64,000 nt of DNA, taken from positions 11,532,001 to 11,596,000 of the forward strand of contig JBHGNT010000014.1 of assembly GCA_043228905.1 (NCBI GenBank). The letters run 5' to 3'. Positions 47,495 to 62,736 of this stretch are shown here, in pieces. The notes under the pieces were generated by a model. It had not been told where the DNA came from. It saw only the letters and a program-made list of their open reading frames with translations, and did not search any database. The DNA comes from Azolla caroliniana (Eukaryota > Plantae > Polypodiophyta). A program made the translations under genes and the position numbers. Numbering within the stretch: position 1 is the first letter of the stretch; every line of letters begins with the position of its first letter.

Positions 47495-48846
47495 ACACTC
47501 GCTTCCTCTATGGCCCTTCCAGCCACAATACCAGCATTCCATTTCGGCCTTTCCTTGCTGATTTCCGGCTCTGCCGCCTTGACTCCCCCTACTTCCGGAG
47601 GGTTCGGAATTGTTGTTGGCACCATCTTTGTGCCTCCGATTCTGCTCATGTTAGCCACCTCCATTGCACATCGATCCGCCTCGTCCACCAAGTCCATGGG
47701 ACCTCTCTTCGTCCATGTACATCATCTTGTTGTTGGTGTGCGTGCTTGTCGACGCACCCTTGTGGTTCTCCTCTACAATGAGCATCAATTATAAGTTGAA
47801 AACTGAGGGCGTATTCTCCCTTGTACATACCGCTGTTCAGAATGCTCCGATATTGGATGCCAGGCCCTTGAGACAGACCTGGACCACCTAATCCTCCTCG
47901 ACGGTCACGTTGAAGGGGGCAAGTGAATCGTAGATATCTTTGATTTGAGCCGTGTAGTCGGCGACCGACATGTCCTTCTGTTGGACATTGCTCAACTCCT
48001 ATCAGAGTTCCAGCTTCTGGGCCATGATGCTTGCGGCGAAGACCTTTTTCAGGTTTCCCTAAGCTTCCTTTGTATAAAAGAATACGTGTGCGGAAGCGTA
48101 TGCGAAAGACACAGAATACACGGTTCAAAAGTACGATAGTTCGGTAAAACGCAGAAATCACAAAGAAGGAGAGGGAGAGATAGAGAGAGACTCGAGAGAG
48201 AGAGAGAGCAAAGCAGAAAACGAAACTATGTTCAAAAAATAATTCTCTGTATGTTCTCTGTATACATATTTCGTGCTCAATGACCACCTTTTATACAAGC
48301 CTTGACTATTGGGTTGACACAAGTACTTAAACTACTTGGCCGCTCATAAATGAGCATCCTACACATACCCCCAAAATTATTCCTTACGAGGAATAACATT
48401 CTAATGGCCTCTCGGTTTACACACCACTACAGCCATATTGTGCGTACGGTTTTACGCACCCAGTCTACGCATTGGGTTATGCACCCATTTACGCACCCAA
48501 TGTTGAGCTTGTCTCTCAACACTCCCCCTCAAGCTCAACTTGAGGTTCCATCTGCTTTTCCGGATCTTTGCTTCGGCCTCTCCTGGCTTCACGCCTCGCT
48601 CGCACTCCTCGACCCATTCGATTGCGCACTTCGATCCTTTCGGTTGGCTTGTTTGTTCACGTGACCCTTCTCTGCTCCCTTGTTATCGCGGTGTTGGCGC
48701 CTCTTTCGCTGCCCTCTCCTCCACTTGGCCCTCAGTCGATTCTTAATGTCTGAATCAAACATTTCGATTGAATCGGTCACTTCAGATTAAATTCCACTTT
48801 CGCCCAAATTGGTTATAGATCTCCAATTCGTCTTCTGTTTTCAGGC

Positions 48847-51006
48847 CCTTTTTTGTTATTAACCGTTCGGTTGTAGCAAGGAGTGCGGGTGACTTTGTGA
48901 TATGGTAGATAATGTAATAGTAAAAGAAGAGATTCTAAGCATAGAGGTGTGAGAGAGAGAAACTCAAGAAATTTTCATTAAAATGAAAGGAAAGACCTTA
49001 TGCAGCAAACTAGTTTCGCTCGCTTAGAGCTCATCAGTGCAAAAGGCCATGGAAATACAAATGGTGGTTTATATAGGATGTTGAGAATGGGGAAGGGAGG
49101 AGAAAGAGGGAAAGTATAATCATAGTGAGTGGGGTGTAATAAGAGTGTAAATAGATGGAAGGCTGTAGGGATTTAAGGTGGAAGATTTTGATGATAGGGG
49201 GGGTGGTGATAAAGGGGAAAATGAGTAGGTGATAGGAAGATTGATAGGGTGATAAGACAGATGAGTGAGTGGGATATGGTGATAAAGGGAAATGAATGAG
49301 TGATAGGGTATGTAATTATAAGTAAACATAAGATGGTGAGAAGGTGAAAATTAAGGAAGGGAATAAGAAGGGAAAGGAAGGAAAAAGAAAAAGGAAGTTA
49401 GTAAGAGGTGGTGGGGAGAAGGTTTGAGGGAAACGAGGGAAGAGAGAGAGTGTGTATAAAAAGGTAGTGAGAGGTATAGGGGAGGGGGAAGGGAGAGAGA
49501 GAGAGAGAGAGAACTATGGATTTTAGTGAAATGTGTATAAAAAGGTAGTGAGAGGTATAGGGGAGGGGGAAGGGAGAAGGGAGAAAAAATGGAGAGAGAG
49601 AGAGAGAGATAAGGAATGAGTGAAGTTATAAAATAGTAGTAAGGGAGAGAGAGAGAGAGAGAAATATAGATTTTAGTGAAATATGAGGGAATGATAGGGG
49701 GCTATAGATAGGAGGGAAGGGGAAAAGGGAGATGTGTGTGACTAGTAAATAGTAGTAAGGGGGAAGGAGAGAGGAACAAGGAAGGGGGATAGATGAAGGG
49801 TGAGAAAATATGTTTATGGGGGGTCTAGGATGTTTTTAGTTTTGACTAGAAAAGAGTGGAGGTTTTTGGATTTTGTCCAACAGATAATGGGTTTAGGGAT
49901 ACGTTGTAGTTGGGGATCTAATTGTATACTAGAGTGTAGGCTAGTGAGCATTTCTTTGATAATTAGTGTGGGGGTATGACGAGTATATCTAAGTTTAAAG
50001 ATAGTGGGTGGGGTGGTTTTTTTAGTTTTTTCTTTGAAGAGGAGAGTGTGTCTAAGGGAGTAAGGGTGTTTTCTAAAGTTCTTTAGAATAAAATGCGTGG
50101 GATAACCTTTAGGAGGTTTGTGTAGGATAAATTGTATTTCTATGAGAGACAAGATATTAAGGTTACAGTTGACTATGTCATGTGGTCGACTTAAAAGTTC
50201 TTCTAATGGGAGACTATTAATTTTTTTATATGTAGTGATGTCGGATAAATGTTCTAGGGCTTTATCTAGGTATGTTTTTTTATCGAGGACACAAACTCTG
50301 ATGTTTTTGTCCGCTGGTAGGATGATTATTTGTTTATTTTTTCTAAGGCTGGTTAGTGTTATTTGGAGGTGTAGTGGTATTTTGGTATTAGGCAGTATAT
50401 TATTATGGAGGTTTGTGGAGAGAGAGATATTGTGTTTATGGAGTATAGACTCTAATGGTGGATACTTTGTAGGAGGGTTCCAATTCGGGTTGGGTAGTTT
50501 GAAGGGATTAGAGGGGGGAGAGTTGAAGTCTTTAAAGAAATGTTTAAGTCTCAAGGATCTACTAAGGTTTTGGTATTCTTGAAGAATGGATTGGTTAGTA
50601 GGTGGGGGATAGGGGGGTATAAACTTAAGTCCTAGGTTTAAAAGTTTGATTTCTAATTTACTAAGGGCGTAATTTGAAAGATTATGAATTTTGTTTTTTA
50701 AGACGGGAGTCGTGTCTATGGTGGGAGTAAGTGGTTTCCAAAACTTGTATCTAAGCCTTTTAGTGCGTGATTTAGTGTAAGGGTAGAAGGGGAAATGGAA
50801 GTAGCCGCTGCAAAAGTCATCATCTGTTGTGGAGGGAACTCAACATTGTATGGTGATTCAATGTGAGTCGAAGTATCACTATTATGGGTTCCAAACTCCG
50901 ATGATAAGCCCTCCATAGAAAATACGATCTAGCCTTTTTTGTTATTAACCGTTCGGTTGTAGCAAGGAGTGCGAGCGACTTTGTGATATGGTAGATAATG
51001 TGATAG
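48847..51006 (-). mobile_element. Duplicate copy of the Penelope-like element
   Basis: ORF 49814-50554 is identical to 9252-9992. Terminal repeats and flanks are the same. Confidence 0.85.
48994..49048 (-). ncRNA. Duplicate hammerhead ribozyme
   Basis: Same sequence as 8432-8486. Confidence 0.8.
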
Positions 51007-54000
51007 GGCCTCTCGGTTTACACACCACTATAGCCATATTGTGCATACGGTTTTACGCACCCAGTCTACACACTGGGTTATGCACCCGTTTACGCACCCA
51101 ATGTTGAGCTTGTCTCTCAACACTCCCCCTCAAGCTCAACTTGAGGTTCCATCTGCTTTTCCGGATCTTTGCTGCGGCCTCTCCTGGCTTCACGCCTCGC
51201 TTGCGCTCCTCGACCCGTTCGATTGCGCGCTTTGATCCTTTCGGTTGGCTTGTTTGTTCACATGGCCCTTCTCAGCTCCCTTGCTATCGCGGTGCTGGCA
51301 CCTCTTTTGCTGCCCTTTCCTCCACTTGGCCCTTAGTCGATTCTTAATGTCTGAATCAAACATTTCGATTGAATCGGTCACTTCAGATTCAATTCCACTT
51401 TCGCCCGAATTGGTTATCTCCAATTCGTTTTTTGTTTTCAGGCCCTTGACAACATCGAACCACGTCTTGGTCTTTGCCTTTACGCCCTTCTTGGTTGTAT
51501 TTCCCCTTTGTTCGGTTGTCTCCGACTCTTCCTTGCGGTTACGACCCCTGTTTTCTTCTTCGGCTTCTTCAACCGGCCCGAAATTGAATTCTTCATCCAT
51601 CTCGGCAGAGCGGTCACTACAGCTCCTTCCATGCTCATGTTCCTGTCTCCCCCTCAAGTTCGGCGTGTCGAGGTGACGCAAACCCAGCTCACCCGAGAAA
51701 TGCCACAACTTGTCGAGACCAAGGGGCTTCATTAGAGATATGCCCTACTGTAAGCATATGATAAGGATAAAAGAATGATAGATAGAAAGGAGAGAGTGAA
51801 GGGATCGAGACGGAATTGAGCCTCGATCGGCGTCCCATACCACCGTTGTGGCATCGAGTTGTACCTGGTGCTGGTGCGCTCGCTACAAGAGTTGACCCAC
51901 CACAAGAACAGAGTCTCAACGTAGTCAAAAGATGATGAAATGAGGGTAGCGAGGCCTCTTATTTATAGCGATACCCAAGGCCCCCAGGCAAGTTCACACT
52001 TGGCCTAATGGGTTGTCTCAATCTTGAGGACTAAAAGTAATCCTCCCCTTCTTTACACTCTCGTTTAACCCTCACACTTATCCACGTGTATAGAATACTA
52101 CGGTAAATTCTCACCACGGGATATTATATGGTCATGCCCGTAATAGGCCTTGTGAAGATGTCGCTAATCTGCCGACCCGTCGGAACATACACTAGTTCGA
52201 CTTTATTAGAAAGGACACGCTCGCAGACAATATGGTAGTGCACCTCAATGTGCTTAGTCCGGCCATGGAATTCAAGGTTTTTGGCAAGGTGGATACTATT
52301 GAGGTTGTCACAGTAGATCATCATCGGATCGGACACCTCCACATGCAGATCCCGTAATAGTCATTTCAACCAAATGAATTCGCATGTAGCGACAGTCACC
52401 CCTCAATATTCGGCCTCTGTGCTCGACAGCGCCACTGTCGGCTGCTTCTTACTGCCCCACGTGATCACTACACTTCCCAATGAGAATGCGTATCCGGATG
52501 TGGATCTATGATCGTGGGCATTTTCGGCCCAATCCGCATCAGTGTAGCCAACTAATTGTTCTGCTACGCTTGTACGATACAACAACGCCATGTCTTTCAT
52601 GCCGCTGACATATCGTAATATCCTTTGCACGCATTGAAGGTGTTCGGTTTTGGGATGCGACATAAATTGACTGATCATTCTGATTGGGTAGCTGAGATCC
52701 AGCCGAGTAATCGTCAAGTAAATTAGGCTTCCGTCAATCTGTCGGAACTGTGTCGGGTTGCATGTCTTACCCGAATCTCGGCGAAGCTTTACATTTCTAT
52801 CCAGAGGGGTCGAGATGGGCTTACAATCTATCATACTGAACTTGAAGAGCATGATCAACGTGTAATGACGTTTACTAATCAATATGCCTTTGGGGTTACG
52901 GATAACTTCGATCCTGAGAAAGTAATGAAGGTCTCCAAGATCCTTCATTTCGAAAGATGTCGCGAGCTGAGACTTGACACGGCCGATTTCTTCCAGGTCG
53001 GCACCAGCGATGACTAAATCACCAACATACAGTCGAAGGCTAACTAGTCCATCTTAACCTTGCCGAGTGAACAATGAAGAGTCCAACTTGGACGTCGTAA
53101 ACCCCATTCTACGCAACCATTGTGTAATCGTCACGTTCCAAGCTTGCGGGGCTTGCTTAAGTCCGTATAAAGACTTCTTCAATCGGCAAACTGCCAAAGT
53201 GTTTTGTTCGGATAGAAATCCGGGGGGTTATACCATGTACACTTGTTCCTGAAGATCACCTTGCAGGAACGCATTTTTTACATCCATCTGATGTAAGTGC
53301 CACCCTTCACCACTGCTATGGCTCGCAGAATGCGCACTGTGGTCATCTTCGCAACCGGCACAAACGTCTCTTCGTAATCTACGTCGTGCTTCTGCGCGTA
53401 GCCTTTCACAACCAAATGGGCCTTATATCGGTTGACCGAGCCGTCGGTGTTGTATTTCACCTTAAACACCCATCTGCATCCGATCGGCTTAACACCTTTA
53501 GGTGCGTCAACCAAGTCCCAAGTCTCGTTGTCCGATAATGCAGACATCTCTTCCTCCATCGCGGCACACCAATTTGCGTCTTCCACCGCATTTGCGTATC
53601 TCTCTAGCTCACGCACTTCTGTCACTCGCGTCATGTATGCATAATGGTGTGCCATGTATTCATTATACCCGTACCTCTTTACGGGGTTGTTCAGGCGGGT
53701 AGATCGGCGTAATTCGTGATTACCCGATTTCACGGCCTTTTCGGTCGATTTCGGCTTCTTCTGTGGAGATTCCTTTTCAATTGGCCCGAAATAAGACTTG
53801 GTCTGATCTGACTCGGCACTGCCGAAATCGTATTCCGACATTTCCTTCTTCCCTTTTCCTTTACGCGTAAACCGTCTCCTCGGTTCTTTACGCGGGAACA
53901 CAACCGAGTCTCTACTACTCGTCGGCTCTTCATTTGATTGGCCATCTCGGCCCAACCCCTCATTTGGCCCACTTAGCCGAAATGAGATCGGACTCTTTGT

Positions 54001-54339
54001 CAAAGCTCCGATTTCCTCATCATGTGAAGGCAGCTCGTCCTCGCTGACCTCTTCTTCAGAATTCGGAATGGATTCATGAGGTATTGGAGGTGAAGGCAAG
54101 TACCACGAAGCGGACTCGTCGAACACGACATCTCGGCTTACACGAACTTCCTTTGTTCGGGGGTTATAGCACTTACACCCCTTCTACTTGTCTGAATAGC
54201 TCACCAAGATACATTTCTCGGCTTTGGCGTCCAACTTCCTACTCTTCTCTTTCGGCACATGCACATACGCAATGCTGCCGAAAATCCTCAAGTGTGCCAG
54301 GTTCGGCTTCTTCCCGAAATACAAGTCATGTGGCGACGT

Positions 54340-57300
54340 TCTCTCTCTGGCATATAGGTGTGATTCATATTTCCGCACAATTCATTTATTGCTATTTGAC
54401 AGAAAGATTTCTCAACAATCTAGTATCAGAACTTGAGGTGCAAGCATGGAATGAGGTGTGAGAGGTTTCCTAGGTATGATAGTTCTCAACTCACAGAACT
54501 ATGTAGACTGGAAGATCAAGATGGAAGACCTTGTCATAGTTAAATACCTGTACGAGCCTATCGATAGAGCAGAAATACCTAGGGGGTATTGCAGTTGGAC
54601 TGGAAGCTTCTGAATAGAAAGGCGGTGGCCACTATCCGACAATGCATCAATGTAAGTGTCCTTCAGCATGTGGCGAATGACACAAATGCTCACGAGATGT
54701 GGCAAGAGCTATCGGGTCTGTATGAGAGGAAGAACACGCTCAATAAAACCTCGCTCATGAGAAAAATCGTACAGCTAAAATACAGAGACGGTGAGAGCAT
54801 CGTCGAACACATCAGCACATTCATGAGGTATGTAAATCAACCTGTTGCGACCAAGTTTCCCTTGGATGATGCAATGTAGGCCATCTTGCTGATGTGCACA
54901 CAGCCAGACAGTTGGGAGAACCTAGTGGTTACTCTGAGCACCTCTTGTCAAGAAGAGAGCTTGTCTTTATAGAAGGTGAAAACAAGCATCCTAAATGAGG
55001 AGGCAAGGAGGAAAGACAAAGGAGTCTTGTCCCAATTTGAGTCGAATCTGACTCAACATATGGACAGAGGAAGAGATCTATGAAGAAGAAGTCTGCAACG
55101 AACGGACAAATCACATGCTAGATCGAAGTTTAGAGGTAAGCCTATGTGCTTTTATTGTGGAAAGCCTGGACACTTCCAGAAGGACTGTCGACACTTAAAG
55201 AAAAACAAGAGTGTCAGAAATAATGTCGAACCTAGGAAGATTCCTGATGAAAAGAACACTTCAGCCATTGCTACGAGCAATGAAGAACTCCTGTTCATTT
55301 GTGAATAGCCGAGTGCAAATCTTGCAAGTGAAGATTGCACGTGGGTGATTGATTCCGGGGCATCGTTCCACATAACTCCGTCGAGAGAGTATTTCTCAAC
55401 TTACATAGCCGAGGATCATAGCTATGTAAGGATGGGTGACAGTGGAGAGTGTAGGGTAACCTGAGTTGGAAGTGTTTGCTTAACGACGTCGATAGGGTGT
55501 CGACTGACACTGAAGGATGTTCGACACGTCCCCGATATCAGATTGAATCTGATATCGACTGGAAGGTTAGATGACGAAGGCTATAGTGGTAGCTTTAGAA
55601 ATGGCATGTGGAAGTTCTGTCGAGGAAATCTTATAGTGGCCCGAGCATAGAAAGAAGGCACATTGTACATGATGCATGCCCGACTATGCAAATCGGAAGT
55701 AAATATGGCAGCCAACTCAACGGGTGAGATATGGCATAAGAGGCTAGGCCACATGAGTGAGAAGGGAATGCACTTGTTAGCCGACCCGAAACTTCTACCA
55801 AAAGTCTAGGTCATGCATTTGGAGAAGTGTGTCGACTGCTTAGCCGGAAAGCAGAACAGAGCTGCATTCCACACATGACCACCGAGAATAAGAGAAACTG
55901 CATTGGAACTAGTGAACACGGACGTGTGCTATGTTGATGCTCCATCGCTTCGAGGTGAACAGTACTTTGTGACATTCATTGACGATCATAGTCGGAAGAC
56001 ATGGGCCTTCGTACTGAAGATGAAGGATGAAGTATTGTCCGTTTTCAAGGAGTTCTAGGCAAGAGCCAAAAGAGAGTCAGGTTGGAAGTTGAAGGCTGTC
56101 CGAACCGACATCGGTGGCGAGTACAAAGGGCAGTTCGAGGAATACTGCAAGAGCTAAGGTATTCGGATCGAATACACAATACCAAAGACCCCAAAGTTGA
56201 ATGGGCTTGCAGAGAGGATGAATCAAACGATCATGGAGAGAGTAAGGAGGATGGTCTCTCATGCGAAACTGCCGAAATCCTATTGGGTTGAGGTGGTGTA
56301 CACAACTGTTTATCTTATCAACAGGTTTCCCTCAATACCATTGAAAGGTGATGTCCCACAAAGGGTGTGGACAGGGAAGGATGTCTCCTACCAACATCTA
56401 TGGGTGTTCGGATGTCTAGCATACATGCATGTACTAAAAGATCAGAGATCAAAGCTCGATTGCAAGTCGAAAGCATGCATATTCATGGGATACTCGGAAG
56501 ATGAATTAGGCTACAGGTTATGGGACCTAGTCGACAAGAAGGTAGTGAGAAGTCCGGATGTAGCCTTTCTAGAAGATAAGACGATTGAAGACTGGAAGCA
56601 ACAGAAGTTGAATCAACTCCCCAGTCAACCCTGACGTGGTTGACAAAGCCGAATCCGAGTCAGTCGACTCGGAGAGACCGACTGACTATGAGTTAGCGTC
56701 GGCAGAGCTGCAAATGTCAATTGATGAATATGAGTATGAATTAACCAACCAGGAGAGGCCAATTGATGAGAAGAATCCCGAGTAGAGAGAAGGGTTGGCA
56801 GAGACATCCGAAAGAGAGCCAACAACGAGTGGAAGAAGATAACCACTCAGAGAAAGGAAAGCACCGACTACATACGCCAGTCAATACATCCTTGTTGAGC
56901 GGCAAGCTCAACCGGAGCCGGAACGGCTGAATAAGCCGGAGCCCGTAAGCGAAACGGATCGGGCGAAACGGATCGGTATGACGGTGAGCAACCGAACCGG
57001 CAAGCAGTGGAGGCCGAGTGCAATCCGTAACCGGAAGTCCAATCGGAAGCCTAGTATAGGATAGACTACTAGGTAGCTATAGTCTCGTAGTAAGTGTCAG
57101 ATGCTCGTGTGAGCATTGAAGTACATGGTACTTCTGTCAGTCCCAAGAGGACTTGTATAAATAGTGCTACTTAGCACAGTGTGTGTACTGAGTCTTCATA
57201 TAATTTTGAAATTGTGCTCTCGCTCTCTCTCTCTCTCTCTGTGTTGTTCTCTGTTTTACGCTTCCGCAAACACTTACGTTTACATGGTATCAGAGCGCGA

Positions 57301-60300
57301 GGGTTGAGAACCTCTGCTACAGACATTTACTCTTGAGAAGAAAACCCTAACAGGTCGAAAACAGACACATTAGAAGACATGGATAGAGGCATGGTTACGT
57401 CGCTCCCGGTGGAGAAGCTCGACAGGAGCAACTACGCATCCTGGTCTTACAAGATGCACCAGTACCTGCTTGGACACGGGTACTGGAGTTATGTCGAAGG
57501 AGCGAATGATGCGGCACCCGACTCGGCACACAAGGACTTCCCAGTATGGGAACAGGCGGCAAGCAGGGTGATGTACTGCTTCGCGTCCAGTGTCGGCGAT
57601 CAGCTGCTCAGCCACATCCGTGATGCCAAGACACCGAAGGATGCTTGGGGGAACCTAAAAAAGGTTTTCGCCGCAAGCACCACTGCCCGGAAGCTGCAAC
57701 TCAGACAGGAGTTGAGCAATGTTCGACAGAAGAACATGTCTGTGGCAGACTACACGGGCCGGATAAAGGAGATCTGCGACTCGCTCGCCTCTATCAATGT
57801 TACCGTAGAGGAAGACGAGATGGTGCAGGTATGTCTCGGAGGCCTGGCATCCAAGTTTGGAGCCTTCCGGACTGCGGTGTGTACAAGGGAGAATACCCCC
57901 TCATTCTTCGACTTACAGTCGATGCTCCTTGTAGAGGAGAACCACGCCGGTGCATCTACTAGAGCATCCCCGGACAGCCGAATGCTGTACACGGGAACGG
58001 ATCGGTTCCGTGGGCGTGGTGGAAGAGGTGGGTCGGCACGGAATGGAGGCGGCTGGCAAGAGCAGGAACGGAGGCACTATGAACGTGCCGACAGCAGTTC
58101 CGGGACTTCCACAAGCAGGGGGAGTCAAGCAGGGGGAATGCTGGTACTGTGGCAAAAAAGGCCACAGGGAAAGCGAGTGCTGGAGAAAGCGTGCCGATTC
58201 GGACAAATCCGGATCCGGCAAGACCGAGGATGGCCGGCAAAACTCGCACTACGCAAACGGATCAGAAGGATCCGGAACCGGAAAGGCCGGTAAGGGGCCA
58301 GCCTTGGTGATGAATCACAAGGCAAACTCAATGAAGAAGACCACTTCCAAAACAGAGGAAGTGTGGTATGTTGATTCCGGCGCATCGAACCACATGACGA
58401 GCCACAAAGAGTTGTTCTCCTTTCTGGAGAAACCGGATCAACCAGGAGTAGTCGAAACCGGAGACGACACTCCTCACCCAATCGTGCACGTCGGAGAAGT
58501 CCCTCTAAGCCATGTCGGACAGAAAGGGAAGCTGATGAATGTATTACACGTTCCGACAATCACGAAGAACCTGGTGTCCGTCGGTCAGATTGTCGACCAG
58601 GGGATGCAGGTGCGGTTTACGCACCTCAGGTGCTTTATTGAGGATGAGGGCGAAGTCATTGCGCAAGGGCGCAGAGACAGGAGGATGTTTATCCTCAACA
58701 CCAATGACTTTGGCACCACTCTGTTCGCAAAACGACAGAAGGTCGAGTCGGACATCGACCTATGGCACAAGCGGATAGGCCATGTCAACTACCGGAGGCT
58801 TCAAGACCTGCAAACGAAACAAGTCGTTTTTGGTTTGCCGAAGTTCAGCGGCTGGAGAGCCGAAATTTGTGAAGCCTGCCAACTTGGGAAGCAACACCAG
58901 CTTCCATTCCCCACCGAACGGAACCGGAGTCATAACAAGCTCGATCTCATCCATTCGGATGTGTGGGGACCGGCACAAAGTGTAAGCCTTGGCGAGAGCC
59001 GATACTTCGTCTCCTTCATTGACGACTATACTCGACATACTTGGATCTACCTCATTGAGCGGAAGAGCGAAGTCTTCGACTGTTTCCGGAGCCTCCAGAA
59101 GATGGTGGAACGGGAATCGAAGAGGAAGATCAAATGCCTTCGGTCGGATGGCAGAAAGGAATATTTTTCCGGCCAATTCACTAGTTATCTGCAGCAGAAG
59201 GGAATTCAGCGAGAGTTCAGCTGCAGATACACACCTGAGCAAAACAGTGTGGCCGAAAGGAAGAACTGGACACTCGTTGAAGCGGCAAGGGCAATGCTAG
59301 AGGAGAAGAGCATGCCCCGGTTCTACTGGGCGGAGGCGGTCCGGACGACCGTCTACATACAAAACCGCATTGGTGACAAGGTGTCAGCTCATGAGCTGTA
59401 TTTTGGGCGCAAGCCGAACTTAAGACACCTTTGGATATTCGGCAGCATAGCGTATGTGCATGTGCCGGATCAAAAGCGGAGAAAGCTGGATGCAAAATCA
59501 GAAAAATGCATCCTAGTCGTCTATGCTCAAGAGCAAAAGGGGTATAAGTGCTATAACCCCCGGATGAAGGAAGTCTGAGTTAGCCGGGATGTCGAGTTTG
59601 ATGAATCGGCATCCTGGTACTCCGTACCGACTCCGACATCCGATCCCGACCCAATGCCGGAAGATCAGGCCAGTGAGCCTGAATCAGCCCTGGCAGAGGA
59701 TGATGAAGCCGGGACTCAAGATGAGAGTCCGGAATCGTTACGGTTGAGTGGACCGAATGAGCGACTGAGTCGGTTGGACCGGTCGGATGAAGAGACGGCA
59801 AGTGGTGGAGACTCTGCCATGTTCTCCCCGCGCAAGGAATCGAGGAAACGGTTCACGCGCAAAGAGAAGGGGAAGAGGAAGATGCCAGAATTCGAAACAG
59901 GCAACGATGAGTCGGATCAGTGCCTATCCGACTCCGGAAAGGAGAAAGGCGGATCTTCGGCAACGAAGACCGAACTGGCCAAGAAGGGCCTCAAATCAGG
60001 TGACGGTGTGTTGCGCCGATCAACCCCTCAGAAGGATCCCGTCATGCAGTACGGGTACAATGAATACATGGCGCATCATTATGCGTACATGACTAAGGTG
60101 ACAGAAGTGCGTGAGCCGGAGAGCTACGCAGAAGCGGCAAAGGACGCAAATTGGTGTGCTGCTATGGACGAAGAAATGCGGGCACTCGATGCCAACGAAA
60201 CTTGGGACCTAGTTGATCCTCCCCGTCACTGTAAACCGATCGGATGCAAGTGGGTGTACAAGGTCAAGTACAACGCCGACGGTTCTGTTAACCGGTACAA

Positions 60301-62696
60301 AGCCCGGTTAGTGGCGAAGGGATACGCGCAGACCCACGGAATCGACTACGACGAGACCTTCGCTCCTGTGGCGAAGATGACGATGGTTCGTGTGGTACTG
60401 GCGGTTGTTGCGGCAAGGGGGTGGCATCTTCACTAGATGGATGTGAAGAACGCCTTCCTTCAAGGAGAGCTTGAAGAAGAAGTCTTTATGACTCAACCCC
60501 CCGGATTTCAATCGGAGATGAACAAGTCGGCGGTATGCCGACTGAAGAAGTCGCTTTACGGCTTGAAGCAAGCCCCCCGAGCTTGGAACGCGAAGATCAC
60601 GCACCGGTTGCGTAAGCTGGGGTTTGCTGTTTCTAAGTCGAACTCTTCGTTGTTCATCCGGCAAGGCTCTGACAGTCCGGTATGTATACTCTTGTATGTG
60701 GATGATTTAGTCATCACCGGACCGGGTCTTCCCGAAATCAACCGCGTCAAGTCCCAGTTGTCGGACGCATTCGAAATGAAGGACCTAGGGGACCTTCATT
60801 ATTTTCTTGGGATCGAAGTGATCTGGACCCCCGACGGCATATTGCTCTCACAACTACATTACGTGTTGAATATGTTGTATAAGTTCGGCATGACGGATTG
60901 CCGACCTGTCTCCACACCCCTGGACCGGAACCAGAAGCTCCGTCCCAACTCCGGACCGGCCTGCACTGAGAAACGGTTCCGACAGGATGTCGGAAGCTTG
61001 ATCTACTTAACCATCACCCAGCCCGACATCAGCTATCCGGTCGGCATGGTAAGTCAATTCATGCAGAAGCTGACCGCGGAGCACCTTCAGTGCGCGCAAC
61101 GAATATTACGATATGTCAGCGGCACTAAGGATCGGGGACTGCTATACCGGCGAGGTATACTCGAAGAGCTTGTCGGTTACACAGATGCTGACTGGGCCGG
61201 CGATGCGTCTGATCGCCACTCCACTTCGGGATACATGTTCTCCATAGGTAGCATGCCCGTTGCGTGGAGCAGCAAGAAGCAACCCATAGTGGCTTTGTCA
61301 AGCACTGAGGCTGAGTACCGGGCCGCTACCGTTGCCACTTGTGAAGCCATCTGGCTTCGGCGACTGCGGCGAGACTTGTGGATCGAGGTACCGACCCCGA
61401 TCCCGATTTACTGTGATAACATGAGCAGCCTGCAGCTCGCCAGGAACCCTGTGTTCCATGCTCGCACAAAGCACATCGAGGTGCACTACCACTTCGTGCG
61501 TGAGCAGGTTCTGAGCGGTGAAGTTGACCTACGGTATGTCCATACGGATCGGCAAGTTGCCGACATCTTCACCAAGTCGCTCGGATCGGACATGTTGCAG
61601 CACTTTACCGACATGCTTGGTATTCAGCATCTCGACGTGCCGCACTTGAGGGGGAGAAGCAAGGGCAAAGTCTCTACCGAAATGGGCAAAGGCCAAAAAA
61701 CTGTTGAACCCGTCGGTAAGAGGAGACAAGAAGATGAAGGAAGCCGAGTCGACGAAGGAAGTCGACACATCCAAACAAGTCGGAGCAAGCGGCTGTGAAG
61801 AAGAGTTGTGCACTCAGGAAGAGAAGTGCATGTTGTGCAGAGGTCATCACGACGGTACTGACCATGATGCGGAGTCGAATGAAGAATTCGATTTCGGTTC
61901 ACCGGCTGAAGAAGCTGAGGGAAGCATGGAGAAGGCCAAGACTCGGAAGTGGTCCAATGTGGTGAGAGGCCTGAAGCCGGAAGTCGAATCGGAGTGTACC
62001 GATTCGGACAAGAGCTGAAACGAGTCGGAGACAGCTGACTCGGATCAACAGATGGATCCAGATGAGTCGGATCAACTGAAGGCCAAGGGGAAACGGACAC
62101 AGTGGAAGTCGATGCCATCGTGGGAGAACCGACGAATCGGCAAGCACCGGAGTCACCGCAACGTGAGTGCTGAGATGGGCCTATTGAGCAGACATGCCGA
62201 CCGAGAGGGACGAGGCGCGCCGAACCAAAGGGGTCGCGGCAAACAGGACCGGACCGGACGAGGAGCGCAAGCAAGGCGGAGTGACGCTAGGAGAAGTCGG
62301 TTGGAAGAACCGACTGTCACAGAGGTCGACACTACGACCCCACCTCAGGTTGAGCTTGAGGGGGAGTGTTGAGCGGCAAGCTCAACCGGAGCTGGTTCGG
62401 TTGAATAAGCCGGAGCCGATAAGCGAGACGGATCGGGCGAAACGGATCGGTATGACGGTGAGCAACCGAACCGGTAAGCAGTGGAGGCCGGGTGCAATCC
62501 GTAACCGGAAGTCCAATCGGAAGCCTAGTATAGGATAGACTACTAGGTAGCTATAGTCTCGTAGTAAGTGTCAGATGCTCGTGTGAGCATTGAAGTACAT
62601 GGTACTTCTGTCAGTCCCAAGAGGACTTGTATAAATAGTGCTACTTAGCACAGTGTGTGTACTGAGTCTTCATATAATTTTGAAATTGTACTCTCG

Positions 62697-62736
<40 letters not shown>

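Larger units (their letters stand above)
48071..54339 (-). mobile_element. Duplicate of the minus-strand family A element 7509-13777, including solo LTR 51730-52145
   Basis: ORF set identical at offset 40562. Confidence 0.92.

Noticed and set aside
47227-47781. ORFs spanning the N run
   Set aside because: They are artefacts of translating through the assembly gap.
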